From an uncultured delta proteobacterium (GTDB taxonomy: Bacteria > Desulfobacterota > Binatia > HRBIN30 > BPIQ01), in assembly GCA_963761335.1 (NCBI GenBank), contig CAVXGR010000018.1:704001-768000 (forward strand): a stretch of DNA of 64,000 nt, read 5' to 3'. Below the pieces are notes generated by a model. That model searched no databases. It saw only the letters and a list, made by a program, of their open reading frames with translations, and had not been told where the DNA came from. The position numbers and the translations under genes were made by a program. Below are positions 10,703 through 21,299 of this stretch, one piece after another (the stretch's first letter is position 1; every line of letters starts with the position of its first letter).

Positions 10703-10985
10703 GTGCTCGTGCTCAGCGAAGCGGTGCTCGTAATCGTACTCGTAATCGAAGGGGGCTTGGGCGGCGCCGGGAGATAACGGCGAGCTGAACGATACGAGCA
10801 CGAGACGAGAGAGTAGACGCGGCGTCCCGCCGCGTGGGGGGCGGGTGGACCCGCCGCGCGGCGGCGCGTCGCTACCCGCGAGAACGATTACGAGTACGAT
10901 TACGCGCCGAGCACGAGCACGAAATAGAGGGGGCGCGAGGCGGGGATCGTGCTCGCGCTCGGCGAAGCGGTGCTCGTAATCGAAG
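10703..10985. repeat. Intergenic palindromic repeat cluster (GTGCTCGTAATCG / CGATTACGAGCAC arms) enclosing a GTAG-type REP at 10813-10835
   Basis: Alternating direct and inverted arms at about 10703, 10791, 10885 and 10948. Confidence 0.7.
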
Positions 10986-11035
10986 GGGGCGAGGGGGCCT
11001 TGCCGCGCCGGCGGCGCCGCGCTTAATCTCATTGC

Positions 11036-11458
11036 ATGAAGAGCTTCCGCAAGGTCCTGACGATGAACGTGCGCGGGCGGATGGGCTTCATCAACATCAC
11101 CCCGCAGGTCGAGGCGGCGGTCCGCGACAGCGGCGTGTCCGAGGGGCTCTGCCTGGTGAACTCGATGCACATCACCTCGAGTGTCTTCATCAACGACGAC
11201 GAGCCGGGCCTGCACGAGGACTACGCCCGCTGGCTCGAGCAGCTGGCGCCGTACGATCCGAGCCCGGAGCGCTATCACCACAACCGCACCGGCGAGGACA
11301 ACGGTGACGCGCACCACAAGCGCCAGGTGATGGGCCGCGAGGTGGTGGTGGCGATCACCGACGGGAAGCTCGACTTCGGCACCTGGGAGCAGATCTTCTA
11401 CGGCGAGTTCGACGGCAATCGCGCCAAGCGGGTGCTGGTGAAGATCATCGGGGAGTGA
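11036..11458 (+). CDS. yjbQ: YjbQ/UPF0047 family protein (secondary thiamine-phosphate synthase)
   Basis: [45 protein letters not shown]. Confidence 0.9.
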   Translation: MKSFRKVLTMNVRGRMGFINITPQVEAAVRDSGVSEGLCLVNSMHITSSVFINDDEPGLHEDYARWLEQLAPYDPSPERYHHNRTGEDNGDAHHKRQVMGREVVVAITDGKLDFGTWEQIFYGEFDGNRAKRVLVKIIGE

Positions 11459-12137
11459 CGCCGGCATCTCCGCCGGGCAGCAGGTCGGCGAAGACGAAGC
11501 CGTCGCGCTCGACGATCTCTCCGAGCGAGAGCTCGATGCGGCGGGAGAACATCGGTCCGGCGCAGGCAAAGGTGTGGAACTCGCCCTTCTCGCCGCATGG
11601 GTCGACGCCTCCGGGGAGGTCGCGCAGGAGGTCGAGGTCGAAGCGGCGGCCGGCAAACTCCGCCCCCAGCTGGCGCGGATCGACGCAGGTCAGCCGCGCT
11701 TCCAGGCCGCCGGCGATCATTTCGCGAGCCAGCTCCGCGGTCGGCTGCATCCACAGGGGAAAGACCGGGCGGATACCCGAGTCGGAGAGCTGGCGCTCGC
11801 GATAGGCGCGCACGTCGGCGAGGAACAGGTCGCCGAAGGCGATGGCCTCGACCCCGGCGTCGCGGGCGCGCTCGAGGACGGAGCGCATGGCGGCCTCGTA
11901 GTCCTCGTTCGAGCACGGACTGGGAATCGGCACCGGCCAGAGCGGCAGGCCGGCGGCGTCCGCCTGCATCTGCAGCAGCTGCGTGCGAACGGCGTGCATG
12001 GAGACGCGCTGCACCGGCTCGGAGATGGTGGTGAGCAGTCCGACGACATCGTAGGCAGCACGTGCCCGCAGGACGTGCAGCGCCCAGGCGCTGTCTTTCC
12101 CGCTGCTCCACGAGAGCAAGGTCTTTGGCTTCGGCAT
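11445..12137 (-). CDS. PP-loop adenine nucleotide alpha-hydrolase (diphthamide synthase-like/MJ0570 family)
   Basis: [37 protein letters not shown] 12137. Confidence 0.85.
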   Translation of the reverse strand: MPKPKTLLSWSSGKDSAWALHVLRARAAYDVVGLLTTISEPVQRVSMHAVRTQLLQMQADAAGLPLWPVPIPSPCSNEDYEAAMRSVLERARDAGVEAIAFGDLFLADVRAYRERQLSDSGIRPVFPLWMQPTAELAREMIAGGLEARLTCVDPRQLGAEFAGRRFDLDLLRDLPGGVDPCGEKGEFHTFACAGPMFSRRIELSLGEIVERDGFVFADLLPGGDAGVTPR

Positions 12138-12222
12138 CACCTTTGCGTGTATCGCGCCCGAGCCCCGGCGGCAATCGCGCCCTGCCTCGGCGACGGCACG
12201 GATCTGTGTTAACAGGGGAGCT

Positions 12223-13509
12223 ATGACCCAGGACAACAAGCTCGCAATCCTCGTGGGCGGCGGTCCGGCACCCGGCATCAACAGCGTGATCGGTGCTGCC
12301 ACCATCCGCAGCGTCCTCCAAAACGTCCCGGTGCTCGGGCTGCAGGAGGGCTTCGAGTGGATCATGCAGGGCGACATCGATCACGTGGTGCCGCTCGGGA
12401 TCGAGCACGTGAGCCGCATCCACTTCCGCGGCGGCTCCTACATCGGTATCTCGCGGGCCAACCCGACCACCAATCCCGAGCATCTCGAGAATGCGGTCCG
12501 CTCGCTCCTGCGCCTCGGCGTCTCGCACCTGATCACCATCGGCGGCGACGACACTGCCTTCTCGGCGATGAAGCTGCTGGAGAAGGCCGAGGGACGCATC
12601 CGCGTCGTGCACGTTCCCAAGACCATCGACAACGATCTCGCCCTGCCGGCGGACATCGACACCTTCGGGTTCCAGACGGCGCGCCATGTCGGCGTCGAGA
12701 TCGTCAAGAACCTGATGGTCGACGCGCGCACCACCTCGCACTGGTTCTTCATCATCTCGATGGGCCGCAAGGTGGGACATCTGGCCCTCGGCATCGGCAA
12801 GGCAGCCGGGGCGACGCTGACCCTCATCCCGGAGGAGTTTTCCACCGAGGTGCGCTTCAAGACGATCGTCGACACACTGGTGGGCGCCATCATCAAGCGG
12901 CTCAGTGATGGGCGCCGCGACGGCGTCGCCGTCATCGCCGAGGGGGTCGTTCTCAACATCGATCCGCAGGACATGTCCCAGTTGAAGGACGCCGGGCGCG
13001 ACGAGCACGGCAACGTGCGCATTGCCGAGATCGACATCGGCGAGCTGCTCAAGCACGCTGTGCGGCAGCGCCTGATGCAGCTGGATGTGAAGGCCACGGT
13101 GGTCGCCAAGAACATCGGCTACGAGCTGCGCTGCGCCGATCCCATCCCCGTCGATCTCGAGTACACGCGCGACCTCGGCTACTGCGCCGCGAAGTACCTC
13201 TTCAGCGGCGGCAACGCCGCGATGGTCTCGATGCAGGGGGGGCACTTCGTGCCGATTCCCTTCGCCGATCTGCTCGACCCCGAGACCGGGCGCACGCGGG
13301 TGCGCGCCGTCGACATCCACTCGACGCGCTACGCCATCGCCCGCCGCTACATGATCCGGCTGCGGCGCGACGACTTCGAGGATCCGAGCCTGCTCGCCAA
13401 GTTCGCGGCCACGGCGAAGATGCCGCTGGAGCAGTTCCGCCAGGAGTTCGGGTACCTGATCGAGTCGGAGCCGCCCCCAATCGACCTCGGCAACCCGGGC
13501 GCCGTGTGA
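12223..13509 (+). CDS. pfp: Pyrophosphate-dependent 6-phosphofructokinase
   Basis: GGGPAPGINSVI, GGDDT (Asp typical of PPi use), PKTIDND, MGR, GYELRCADP. Confidence 0.9.
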   Translation: MTQDNKLAILVGGGPAPGINSVIGAATIRSVLQNVPVLGLQEGFEWIMQGDIDHVVPLGIEHVSRIHFRGGSYIGISRANPTTNPEHLENAVRSLLRLGVSHLITIGGDDTAFSAMKLLEKAEGRIRVVHVPKTIDNDLALPADIDTFGFQTARHVGVEIVKNLMVDARTTSHWFFIISMGRKVGHLALGIGKAAGATLTLIPEEFSTEVRFKTIVDTLVGAIIKRLSDGRRDGVAVIAEGVVLNIDPQDMSQLKDAGRDEHGNVRIAEIDIGELLKHAVRQRLMQLDVKATVVAKNIGYELRCADPIPVDLEYTRDLGYCAAKYLFSGGNAAMVSMQGGHFVPIPFADLLDPETGRTRVRAVDIHSTRYAIARRYMIRLRRDDFEDPSLLAKFAATAKMPLEQFRQEFGYLIESEPPPIDLGNPGAV

Positions 13510-13652
13510 CCCGCCAAGGCGGGAGCATGGCTCCCGCACCACTCCGCTCGCGCACCAGGCGCGCATGTGCTTCTTGCAAACCCGCGTGAACAAAAAGCCG
13601 CGAGCGACCCCTTCGATAGGCGTTTGTCGTCCGCTGATCGCACCGCCCCGGG

Positions 13653-13668
13653 TGGCGCAGAAACTGCT
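13653..13668 (+). promoter_or_regulatory. Candidate sigma-54 promoter
   Basis: TGGCGC-N5-CTGCT (GG-N10-GC) about 80 nt upstream of ATG 13750. Confidence 0.35.
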
Positions 13669-13749
13669 CTGCGAATCCACGCCCCCTGCACCGCAGCGCC
13701 GGCGGCTTTCCGTCGCCGGCGCTGCCTAGCCCGCGGAGGAATCCCCTTT

Positions 13750-15432
13750 ATGTCCGTTCGACCTCTCATCGCCGCCTCTCTGCTGCTCGCCGTCGCTGCC
13801 GGCTGCGGTCGCAGCAGCAGCAACAGCATTCAGCAGCCGGCACCTCCACCGGAGACCAACGCGGACTTCCGCGCCATTGCCGGAATCTCCATGGGCGCCT
13901 ATGGCGCCATGAATCTCGGCACCAAGCACACCGACATGTTCGGCACCATCGTTTCGCTGGGCGGTCCCGTGGACATGACCCAGATGCTCCTCGACATCCA
14001 GAACGACAACCTCGAGGTGAAGCCGCAGACGGAGATCCCGCGGGACGTGGGCAGCGACTTCACGCTGGATCATCTGCCGCCCTATCCGGACCGAGACACG
14101 CGCGTGCGCCTGATCCAGGATCTGGTGATCAGCTTCGGCAACCCCTTCCTGCACAATCCCGACCCGCAGAAGCAATATCTGGCCAGCGACTCCGAGCCGG
14201 CGATGATCCTCCGGGACGACCGCTTCGGCACCTTCACGGTTCCGTCCGATCCGCGCGGCTTCATGGATGGCGGCGACGCCAATGACGACGGGCTGCGCGA
14301 GGTCGGCGAGGCGCCGGCGTTCCCCACCGACGTATTGCTGCTCGCCGGCGGATCGCTGGCGTCGATTGCGCCCGAGGCCCAGGGCGTCGAGATCGGCGGT
14401 CGCAACATCGCCGATCTGAACGGGGATGGCGTCTTCGACGTGGGTGACGGCGTGGTGTTGAACGCCTCCGAGCCGTTCGACGACGCCAACGGTAACGGCG
14501 TGTTCGACGCGGGTGAGTCGTACTCCGACTTCGGCCTGGACGGCGTCGACGGTACCGGCGACTTCGGAGAGGGCAACGGCGTCTTCGATTACGATCCGGA
14601 CCGGCAGAACTGGCTGAACCAGGACCCGTTGACGCGTCTCGCCGGACGCTCGGCCGACGCCATCCGCCAGCAGCGCATCTACATGGATGTCGGCACCGAG
14701 GACGCCTTCGGCTTCGCGCGGCACTACACGAACTTCGTCGCCATGCTCCGCGGCAAGGGGATCGACGTCCAGGAGTTCCCCAACTTCGTCTCCGGCAATT
14801 GCATCCAGGTGCCGTCGCCGACCGCCGACTTCATCCTTGCCCGCTACCCCGGTGGTCACGTCGGCATCCCGACGGTCGACTCGATCGAGGACAACCTGCT
14901 GAACGCGGACTTCTGCGGGCCGACGACGATCTGGCGCCGCTTGCTGGGCATGATCGGGTTCCTGAATGAGAGCTTCCCGAACGGTGATTTCGGTCCGGAC
15001 GGCGCCGACCCGCGCGGCGACACCGTCGAGATGCAGATCCCGTCGCCGGCGCTGGCCACCAGCGCCGATGCGGCAGCGCCGCTGCGCGACGTCCTGGTGT
15101 ACCGGCCGCCGGCGTTCTTCAACACGCCCGACCGCAGCTTTCCGGTGGTGTACTACCTGGGCGGCTATGGGCAGAGCCCCGGCGACTACGAGCGCATGCG
15201 CGAGCTGATGGATCTGCTCATCGGCACGGGGCAGGTGCAGAACATGTACCTCGCTTTTCTTCCCGGCTCGGGCGGCCGCAAGGGGTCGCTCTATGTAAAC
15301 CACGTCGTCGACGAGTCGCAGGTTCCGGATATCACCAACCCCACCTCGGGCCGCTACGAGGACTCGATCATCCAGGACCTCATCCCGCGCATCGAGAACG
15401 ACATCCTCAACGGCCGCGTCCGCGCCGGCTGA
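13750..15432 (+). CDS. Lipoprotein, alpha/beta-hydrolase esterase with apparently circularly permuted motif order and DxNxDG Ca-binding-like repeats
   Basis: Lipobox VAAGC; RAIAGISMGAYGA near the N-terminus; YMDVGTED; YPGGH; C-terminal VYRPP..FPVVYYLGGYG..YEDSIIQDLIPRIE. Confidence 0.75.
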   Translation: MSVRPLIAASLLLAVAAGCGRSSSNSIQQPAPPPETNADFRAIAGISMGAYGAMNLGTKHTDMFGTIVSLGGPVDMTQMLLDIQNDNLEVKPQTEIPRDVGSDFTLDHLPPYPDRDTRVRLIQDLVISFGNPFLHNPDPQKQYLASDSEPAMILRDDRFGTFTVPSDPRGFMDGGDANDDGLREVGEAPAFPTDVLLLAGGSLASIAPEAQGVEIGGRNIADLNGDGVFDVGDGVVLNASEPFDDANGNGVFDAGESYSDFGLDGVDGTGDFGEGNGVFDYDPDRQNWLNQDPLTRLAGRSADAIRQQRIYMDVGTEDAFGFARHYTNFVAMLRGKGIDVQEFPNFVSGNCIQVPSPTADFILARYPGGHVGIPTVDSIEDNLLNADFCGPTTIWRRLLGMIGFLNESFPNGDFGPDGADPRGDTVEMQIPSPALATSADAAAPLRDVLVYRPPAFFNTPDRSFPVVYYLGGYGQSPGDYERMRELMDLLIGTGQVQNMYLAFLPGSGGRKGSLYVNHVVDESQVPDITNPTSGRYEDSIIQDLIPRIENDILNGRVRAG

Positions 15433-15488
15433 GCCCGTCCTGGGAGCGCGGTCGTCCCGGCCGCTCCCGAAGAGAATGTAAAATGCAG

Positions 15489-15590
15489 AACCGGTGACCG
15501 GTGATGGAGAACCGGTCAACATAAGGCTGCTGCCGCTCTGCGTCTTTGCGCCTTTGCGTTCCTTTGACCGGTGATGGAGAACCGTCACCC
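15489..15590. repeat. Intergenic repeats (TGACCGGTGATGGAGAACCG x2 around CTTTGCG units) between convergent genes
   Basis: Direct reading of 15489-15590. Confidence 0.5.
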
Positions 15591-15599
15591 CGCAATGCA

Positions 15600-16871
15600 T
15601 CAGTCGGGCTGGCCGCGGTCCCAGTAGGCGGCGCGGGCGAGGCCGAGGGAGACGGTGGTGAGGTAGTCCTGGGAGCGCAGTCTCTCCTCGCCGAACTCCT
15701 CGACGAACATCCTGCGGATGGCGGGGATCTGCGCCGAGCCGCCGGTGAGAAAGACCGACTGCACGTCCTTCGGGTGCACACCGGCGGCGGCGATCACCGC
15801 GCGCATGCAGCCATGCACCTCGGCGCGGTCGGCTTCGATCAGCTCCTCGAACTCGGCGCGGGTCAGACGCTCCTCGATGTCGATGTTGGCGCGGTGAAAG
15901 GAGATGCGCGCCTCCTCGGTGTCCGAGAGCCGGCTCTTGGCGCGCTCGATCTCCTGGAAGAGGAAGAAGATGAAGTTGCTCTCGATCAGGGTCTCGAAGG
16001 CGTCGACGCTCTCCGGGCGACTCGAGGTCCAGCGGATGCGGCCGAGCAGGTCGCGGGCCTTGCTGCCGCGCAGGAGCCCGACGTGATGCCATTGCCCGAG
16101 CTGGGCGAGCAGATGCTTGGGGAAGGGCAGGTCGCGGCCGTGCATGGAGCGATAGGTCGTCCCGGCGCCGAAGTGCGGCGCCAGCTTGCGGGCCATGATG
16201 CGGGCGTCGAAGGTGTCGCCGCCGACCTGGACGCCGCCGCTCGCCAGGATGTCCTCGCGGCGGTCGCCGGTGGCGCGGCTGCCGAGGCGCATGACGGTGA
16301 AGTCCGAGGTGCCGCCGCCGAAATCGGCGATCAGCGCCAGCTCCGGCTCCTCCAGCGAGGCCTCGTAGGCGAGACCGGCGGCGATCGGCTCGTAGAGGAA
16401 ACGCACGTCGTAGAAGGCGGCAAGCTGGGCGGCGCGCGCCAGGCGCTGCTGCGCCACGCGCTCCTTCTCCGGGCGCTCGGCGAACACCGCCGGGCGGCCG
16501 ATGACCAGGCGCACCTCGTCTTCCCCGGCAAGCGCGCGGACGGCGGCGCGCACGTGCTGGAAGACGACGGCGATCAGGTCCTCGAGGCGGTAGGGGCGGC
16601 CGTGCACCCAGGTCTCCTCGAAGCTGTCGTCGGCGAGAAAGGTCTTGATCGACTGCATGAGCACGCCCTGCATGTCCTCGCGCAGGTACTCGTCGATGGC
16701 GCGCTGGCCGACGACGAAGCCGCGCGCCTCGGTCGAGTAGTAGAGGAGGCTGCGCAAAACCTCGCGCACCGGCGCCCGCAGGTCGAGCGCGCAGAGCTGC
16801 ACATCCGCGGCTCCCCGGGCCCAGGAGAGCGACGAGTTGGTGGTGCCGAAGTCGAGACCGAAGCGCTGCAT
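15600..16871 (-). CDS. Hsp70-family protein, YegD-like
   Basis: GLDFGTTNS, EPIAA, DFGGGTSD, GGDTFD, FLTGGSA; no DnaK substrate-binding domain; ATG 16871. Confidence 0.85.
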   Translation of the reverse strand: MQRFGLDFGTTNSSLSWARGAADVQLCALDLRAPVREVLRSLLYYSTEARGFVVGQRAIDEYLREDMQGVLMQSIKTFLADDSFEETWVHGRPYRLEDLIAVVFQHVRAAVRALAGEDEVRLVIGRPAVFAERPEKERVAQQRLARAAQLAAFYDVRFLYEPIAAGLAYEASLEEPELALIADFGGGTSDFTVMRLGSRATGDRREDILASGGVQVGGDTFDARIMARKLAPHFGAGTTYRSMHGRDLPFPKHLLAQLGQWHHVGLLRGSKARDLLGRIRWTSSRPESVDAFETLIESNFIFFLFQEIERAKSRLSDTEEARISFHRANIDIEERLTRAEFEELIEADRAEVHGCMRAVIAAAGVHPKDVQSVFLTGGSAQIPAIRRMFVEEFGEERLRSQDYLTTVSLGLARAAYWDRGQPD

Positions 16872-16928
16872 TGCGGACTGATTTAGCGCGCTTCCGGGGA
16901 GCCGCCAAACAACGGTGGTCGTCTCAGA

Positions 16929-16978
16929 GTGGAAGCGCCGTCCCGGCGCTTCCCTAAGCGGCGAGACGCCGCTTCTAC
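16929..16978. repeat. GTAG-type REP doublet (REPIN-like)
   Basis: Reverse complement of 21944-21993 with 3 mismatches in 50 nt. Confidence 0.8.
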
Positions 16979-17075
16979 TTTGGCCCTCAGGCCGGCGGTT
17001 CCGACGATCTGTCTGGTGACGCGCCGCCGCGAACTGGTTGACAGGGGTGGCGGGGCGACTGTAGCAGAGCGGGAG

Positions 17076-17915
17076 ATGGCGAAACGTTTCCGGGACAAGG
17101 GCGTGGTGATCACCGGCGCCTCGAGCGGCATCGGCGCCGCGGCGGCGCGGCTGTTCGCCGCCGAGGGAGCAGCGGTGGCGTTGGCGGCGCGCAGCGCCGG
17201 GGCGCTCGAGAAGCTGGCGGAGGAGATCCGTGCCGCCGCCGGCCGCGCCGTGGCGGTGCCCACCGACGTCAGTGATCTGGCGGCGGCGGCGCGCCTTCTG
17301 GAGAGGAGCGAGGCCGAGCTCGGCGGCTTCGACGTGCTGGTGAACAACGCCGGGGCCAATCGGCGCGGGCCGATCGAGCGCTACACCGCCGCCGAGCTGG
17401 CGGGCGTGGTTCACGTGAACCTGGTGGCGCCGATCGCGCTGACGCGTCTGGCTCTGCCGTTCCTGCGCAAGCGCGGCGGCGGTGCGATCGTGAACGTCGC
17501 CTCGATCGCCGGTCGCATTCCGGTGGTTCACGAAGCCGTCTACTCGGCAACCAAGTTCGGGCTGCGCGCCTTCACCTTCGCCCTGCGCGAGGAGCTCGAG
17601 GGCTCGGGCATCAGCGTCTCGGCAGTCTCCCCCGGTCCAGTCGACACCGGCTTCATCATGGAGGAGCTCGAGGATGTCCCGGACATGGTGTTCGCGCAGC
17701 CGATGAGCACCGCCGAGGACGTGGCGCGTCTGGTTCTCGATTGCGCCGCCGATGGCGCCGCCGAGCGCGTCATCCCGCGCAGCACCGGCGTCCTGGCCAC
17801 GGTCGGCTACCTCTTTCCGGGGCTGCGCCGGCTGCTGCAGCCGTCGATGGAGCGCAAGGGCAAGCAGGTCAAGGAGAGATACCGCAGGCGCCAGAGCGGG
17901 GCGCGGGTGAGCTGA
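17076..17915 (+). CDS. Short-chain dehydrogenase/reductase (SDR)
   Basis: TGASSGIG, NNAG, YSATK; ATG 17076. Confidence 0.9.
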   Translation: MAKRFRDKGVVITGASSGIGAAAARLFAAEGAAVALAARSAGALEKLAEEIRAAAGRAVAVPTDVSDLAAAARLLERSEAELGGFDVLVNNAGANRRGPIERYTAAELAGVVHVNLVAPIALTRLALPFLRKRGGGAIVNVASIAGRIPVVHEAVYSATKFGLRAFTFALREELEGSGISVSAVSPGPVDTGFIMEELEDVPDMVFAQPMSTAEDVARLVLDCAADGAAERVIPRSTGVLATVGYLFPGLRRLLQPSMERKGKQVKERYRRRQSGARVS

Positions 17916-17916
17916 G

Positions 17917-19338
17917 TTGAAGCGGGCTCTCTTTGCGCTGCTCGCGGTGCTCGGGCTGGCCGCTCTGGGCTATGGCGTCTGGGTGGCGTCGAAGCCGCGT
18001 TCGGCGGCACCCCCCGCGGTCAGCACCGCAGGCCCGTCGCCGACTGTGGCGGAAGGGGCGAGCGGCATCACCGTCATTCGCGGCGGCACGCTGATCGACG
18101 GTACCGGAGGCCCGCCGCTGGCCAATGCCTTCATCCGCATCGACAACGGCCGCATTGCGAAGGTCGCTTCCGGGGGCGAGGTGCCGCCGGAAGCGACGGT
18201 GATCGACGCCAGCGGCAAGTACGTCATCCCCGGGCTCTCGGACATGCACAACCACCTGCGCAGCGGGACGTCCAGCGCCTGGCAGGAGCCCTCCGGGAAT
18301 CTGAAGTTCCTCTTCGCCTGGGGAATCACCGACGTCTTCGTGCCGGCGCTGACCACCGAGTTTCTCGACGAGCTGCACCGCCTGTCGGCCGACCCGGCGG
18401 CGCCGTATCCGCACTTCTTCTCGACCGGTCCGATCTTCACGGCGAATGCGCCGCCGTCCACCGAGGGAGGCGACTATGCGCCGCACAATGCGGAGGAGGC
18501 GCGCGCCGACGTGCGCGAGCTCAAGGCCGCCGGCGTCGACGGTGTGAAGCTCTTCCAGGACGACATGAGCTGGCTGCTCGAGCCGCCGTTGCCGGTGTTT
18601 CCGCCCGACGTGGTGAGCGCAATCGTCGACGAGGCCCACAAGCAGGGCCTGAAGGTGTACGTGCATGCCCCGATCTTGCGCTTCGCGCGCCAGACTCTGG
18701 AGGCCGGCGCCGACGTGCTCCTCCACGGCATCATCTCGGAGCCCATCGACGACGACTTCATCGCCCTGCTGAAGAAGAACCACGCCTGGTACGTGGCGAC
18801 CATGTCGCTCTTCGAAGATGCCGCCGATCCCGAGGCATGGGTGCGCCGCGAGCAGGCGTTCGACTCGCGCAAGGTGATTCCAAAGAGCGGCTACGCCGAG
18901 CTGCTGGCGCCGCAGAGCCTGCAGGAGTGGCAGGAGCACTGGAACCATTCGCAGTACACGCGCGAGCGGCTGTCGCTGTCGCGCCAGAACCTGAAGAAGG
19001 TCTTCGATGCGGGCGTGCCGGTGGCGGTGGGCACCGATACCGGTATCCGCGGCGTGATCATCGGCGTCTCCAGCCTCCTCGAGCTGACCCTGCACGTGGA
19101 GGCCGGGCTGACGCCGATGCAGGTGATCCAGCTCGCCACCCGCAACGGCGCCCGCATGGTGGGTCACGAAAAGGACTGGGGCACGATCGAGCCGGGGAAG
19201 CTGGCGGACATGTTGATTCTCGACGCCGATCCGCTCGCCGACATCGCCAACGTCCGCTCGCTATCCCGCATCGTCAAGGGCGGGGAGGTCTACGATCCGG
19301 AGCAGCTCTGGGTGTCGATGGGAGGGATGAACCGCTGA
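17917..19338 (+). CDS. Membrane-anchored or exported amidohydrolase-family metalloenzyme
   Basis: N-terminal hydrophobic helix; PGLSDMHNH, VHAP, GTDTG, GTIEPGKLAD. Confidence 0.85.
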   Translation: MKRALFALLAVLGLAALGYGVWVASKPRSAAPPAVSTAGPSPTVAEGASGITVIRGGTLIDGTGGPPLANAFIRIDNGRIAKVASGGEVPPEATVIDASGKYVIPGLSDMHNHLRSGTSSAWQEPSGNLKFLFAWGITDVFVPALTTEFLDELHRLSADPAAPYPHFFSTGPIFTANAPPSTEGGDYAPHNAEEARADVRELKAAGVDGVKLFQDDMSWLLEPPLPVFPPDVVSAIVDEAHKQGLKVYVHAPILRFARQTLEAGADVLLHGIISEPIDDDFIALLKKNHAWYVATMSLFEDAADPEAWVRREQAFDSRKVIPKSGYAELLAPQSLQEWQEHWNHSQYTRERLSLSRQNLKKVFDAGVPVAVGTDTGIRGVIIGVSSLLELTLHVEAGLTPMQVIQLATRNGARMVGHEKDWGTIEPGKLADMLILDADPLADIANVRSLSRIVKGGEVYDPEQLWVSMGGMNR

Positions 19339-19356
19339 GCCCACCGAGCTACTGCC

Positions 19357-20505
19357 TCACCCCAGGCCGAGTCGCCGGGCGATGATCACTTTCATGATTT
19401 CGTTGCTGCCGGCGTAGATCGATTGCACGGCGGCATCGGCGTAGTCGGTGGCGATTGGGTACTCGTTCATGAACCCGTAGCCGCCGTGCAGCTGCACGCA
19501 CTCGCTGGTGAGGCGCTTCTGCAGGTCGGTGATCCACCACTTGGCCATGCTCACCTCCTTGACGATCTCATCGCCGCGGACGTGAGCGACCAGCAGCTTG
19601 TCGACGAAGGCCTGCCCGATCTCGACCTCGGTGGCCAACTCGGCGAGCTTGAACTGGGTGTTCTGAAAGGCCGCGATCGGCTGGCCGAAGGCGCGCCGCT
19701 CGCGGGTATAGGCGATGGTGTCCTCCAGGGCGCGACGACAGGAGACGATCGAGGCGGTGGCGATCGTCAGGCGCTCCTGCTGGAGCTTCTCCATCAGCAT
19801 CTTGAATCCCTGCCCCTCGGCGCCGAGGAGGTTGGCGGTGGGCACGATGCAGTCCTCGAAGGAGAGCTCACTGGTGTCCTGACCGCGGAGGCCGAGCTTG
19901 TCGAGCTTGCGCCCGCGCACGAATCCCGGGCTGTCCGCTTCGACGAGCAGCAGACTGATGCCTCGGTGCGCCGGCCTGGCGTCGGGGTCGGTCTTGGCGA
20001 CGACGATGAAGAGGTCGCCGATCTGCCCGTTCGAGATGAAGGTTTTGGAGCCGTTGAGGACGTAGTGATCGCCCTGGCGGATTGCCTTCGTCTGCACGTT
20101 GGCGAGATCCGAGCCCGTGCCCGGCTCGGTCATGGCGATCCCGAGGAGGATCTCGCCGGCGATGGCGCCCGGCAGGTAGCGGCGCTTCTGCTCCTCGCTG
20201 CCATAGGTGGTCAGATACGGCATGCAGATGTCCGCGTGCAGGGAGATCATCATGGCGTGGGCGCGAATCCAGGCCATCTCCTCCATGACCACAGCGTCGT
20301 AGAGAAAATCTCCACCGGCGCCGCCGTACTCCACGGGGGCGTTGGCGCCGAGGAAGCCGGCCTCGCCGGCGCGGCGCCAGGTGTCTCGGTCGCTGGTGCC
20401 GCGGGCGTTCCACTCCGCCACCTTGGGCGTGATCTCCTTCTCGGCGAAGCGCCGGAACTGCTCGCGAAAGAGCTCGTGCTCCTCGGTGAAGATGTCTCGT
20501 CGCAT
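19357..20505 (-). CDS. Acyl-CoA dehydrogenase
   Basis: AMTEPGTGSD, NGSKTFISNG, QLHGGYG, IYAGSNEIMK; ATG 20505. Confidence 0.92.
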   Translation of the reverse strand: MRRDIFTEEHELFREQFRRFAEKEITPKVAEWNARGTSDRDTWRRAGEAGFLGANAPVEYGGAGGDFLYDAVVMEEMAWIRAHAMMISLHADICMPYLTTYGSEEQKRRYLPGAIAGEILLGIAMTEPGTGSDLANVQTKAIRQGDHYVLNGSKTFISNGQIGDLFIVVAKTDPDARPAHRGISLLLVEADSPGFVRGRKLDKLGLRGQDTSELSFEDCIVPTANLLGAEGQGFKMLMEKLQQERLTIATASIVSCRRALEDTIAYTRERRAFGQPIAAFQNTQFKLAELATEVEIGQAFVDKLLVAHVRGDEIVKEVSMAKWWITDLQKRLTSECVQLHGGYGFMNEYPIATDYADAAVQSIYAGSNEIMKVIIARRLGLG

Positions 20506-20571
20506 GGGTCGAATTCTCCTCTGAGCTTTCCGCGGCCGCCGTCGCCGGCGGCGCGGCACTGATGCGGCGTC

Positions 20572-21288
20572 TCAGGCGAGCAGGTCGAGGATGTCCGGAA
20601 TGTGCCTGATCACGTGGTGCGGGCGCGGCTCGAGATCTGGGGGAGGGCGGTCGTCGCGATGCCAGAGGAGCACCGAACGCATGCCGGCGCGGTTGGCGCC
20701 GGCGACGTCCTGCCGGACGGTGTCGCCGACGAACAGCGCCTCCGCCGGCGCACAGCCGGCGCGGCGCAGCGCCTCGGCGAAGATGCCCGGGTCGGGCTTG
20801 CAGGACCCGGCCTCCTCGCTCGAGAGGATCGAGTCGAAATACTCCTGCAGGCCGGCCAGCTCTCCCAGATGCTCCAGCTGATCCTCGTCGATGTTGCTGA
20901 CGATGCCGAGGTGGAGCCCGCGCTCGCGGAGCGCGCGGAGCGTTTCCGGAACGCCTTCGCGCAGCCTGAAGTCGCGCGCGTGTCGCTCCCATTGCCGGCG
21001 CCGGTAGCCGAAGAGGGCTTTCTCATCGGCGCGACCACCGAGGGCCTCGAGCATGCCGGCGGCGGCGTCGCGAAAGAGATCGCGGTGCAGGTAGTAGTCG
21101 CGCGGCAGGTAGGCGCGGAAGACGGCGCGCATGGCGTCGCGGTAGGCGCGGGCGATCGCCAACGGCTCTGCCTCGATGCCGGCGGCCTGCACCAGATCGA
21201 GGAGGCTCTCACGCTCCGCGGTCTCCAGGCAGGCATAGTCGTAGAGGGTGCCGCCGAAGTCGAAGAGAACGGCGCGAATCGCGGACAT
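20572..21288 (-). CDS. HAD-superfamily hydrolase
   Basis: LFDFGGTL, IVSN, KPDPGIF, VGD..QDVAGA; ATG 21288. Confidence 0.88.
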   Translation of the reverse strand: MSAIRAVLFDFGGTLYDYACLETAERESLLDLVQAAGIEAEPLAIARAYRDAMRAVFRAYLPRDYYLHRDLFRDAAAGMLEALGGRADEKALFGYRRRQWERHARDFRLREGVPETLRALRERGLHLGIVSNIDEDQLEHLGELAGLQEYFDSILSSEEAGSCKPDPGIFAEALRRAGCAPAEALFVGDTVRQDVAGANRAGMRSVLLWHRDDRPPPDLEPRPHHVIRHIPDILDLLA

Positions 21289-21299
21289 CGGCGGGTGCC

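Noticed and set aside
13726..16908. 1060-aa minus-strand ORF
   Set aside because: Arg/Pro-rich off-frame read overlapping the Hsp70 and esterase genes.
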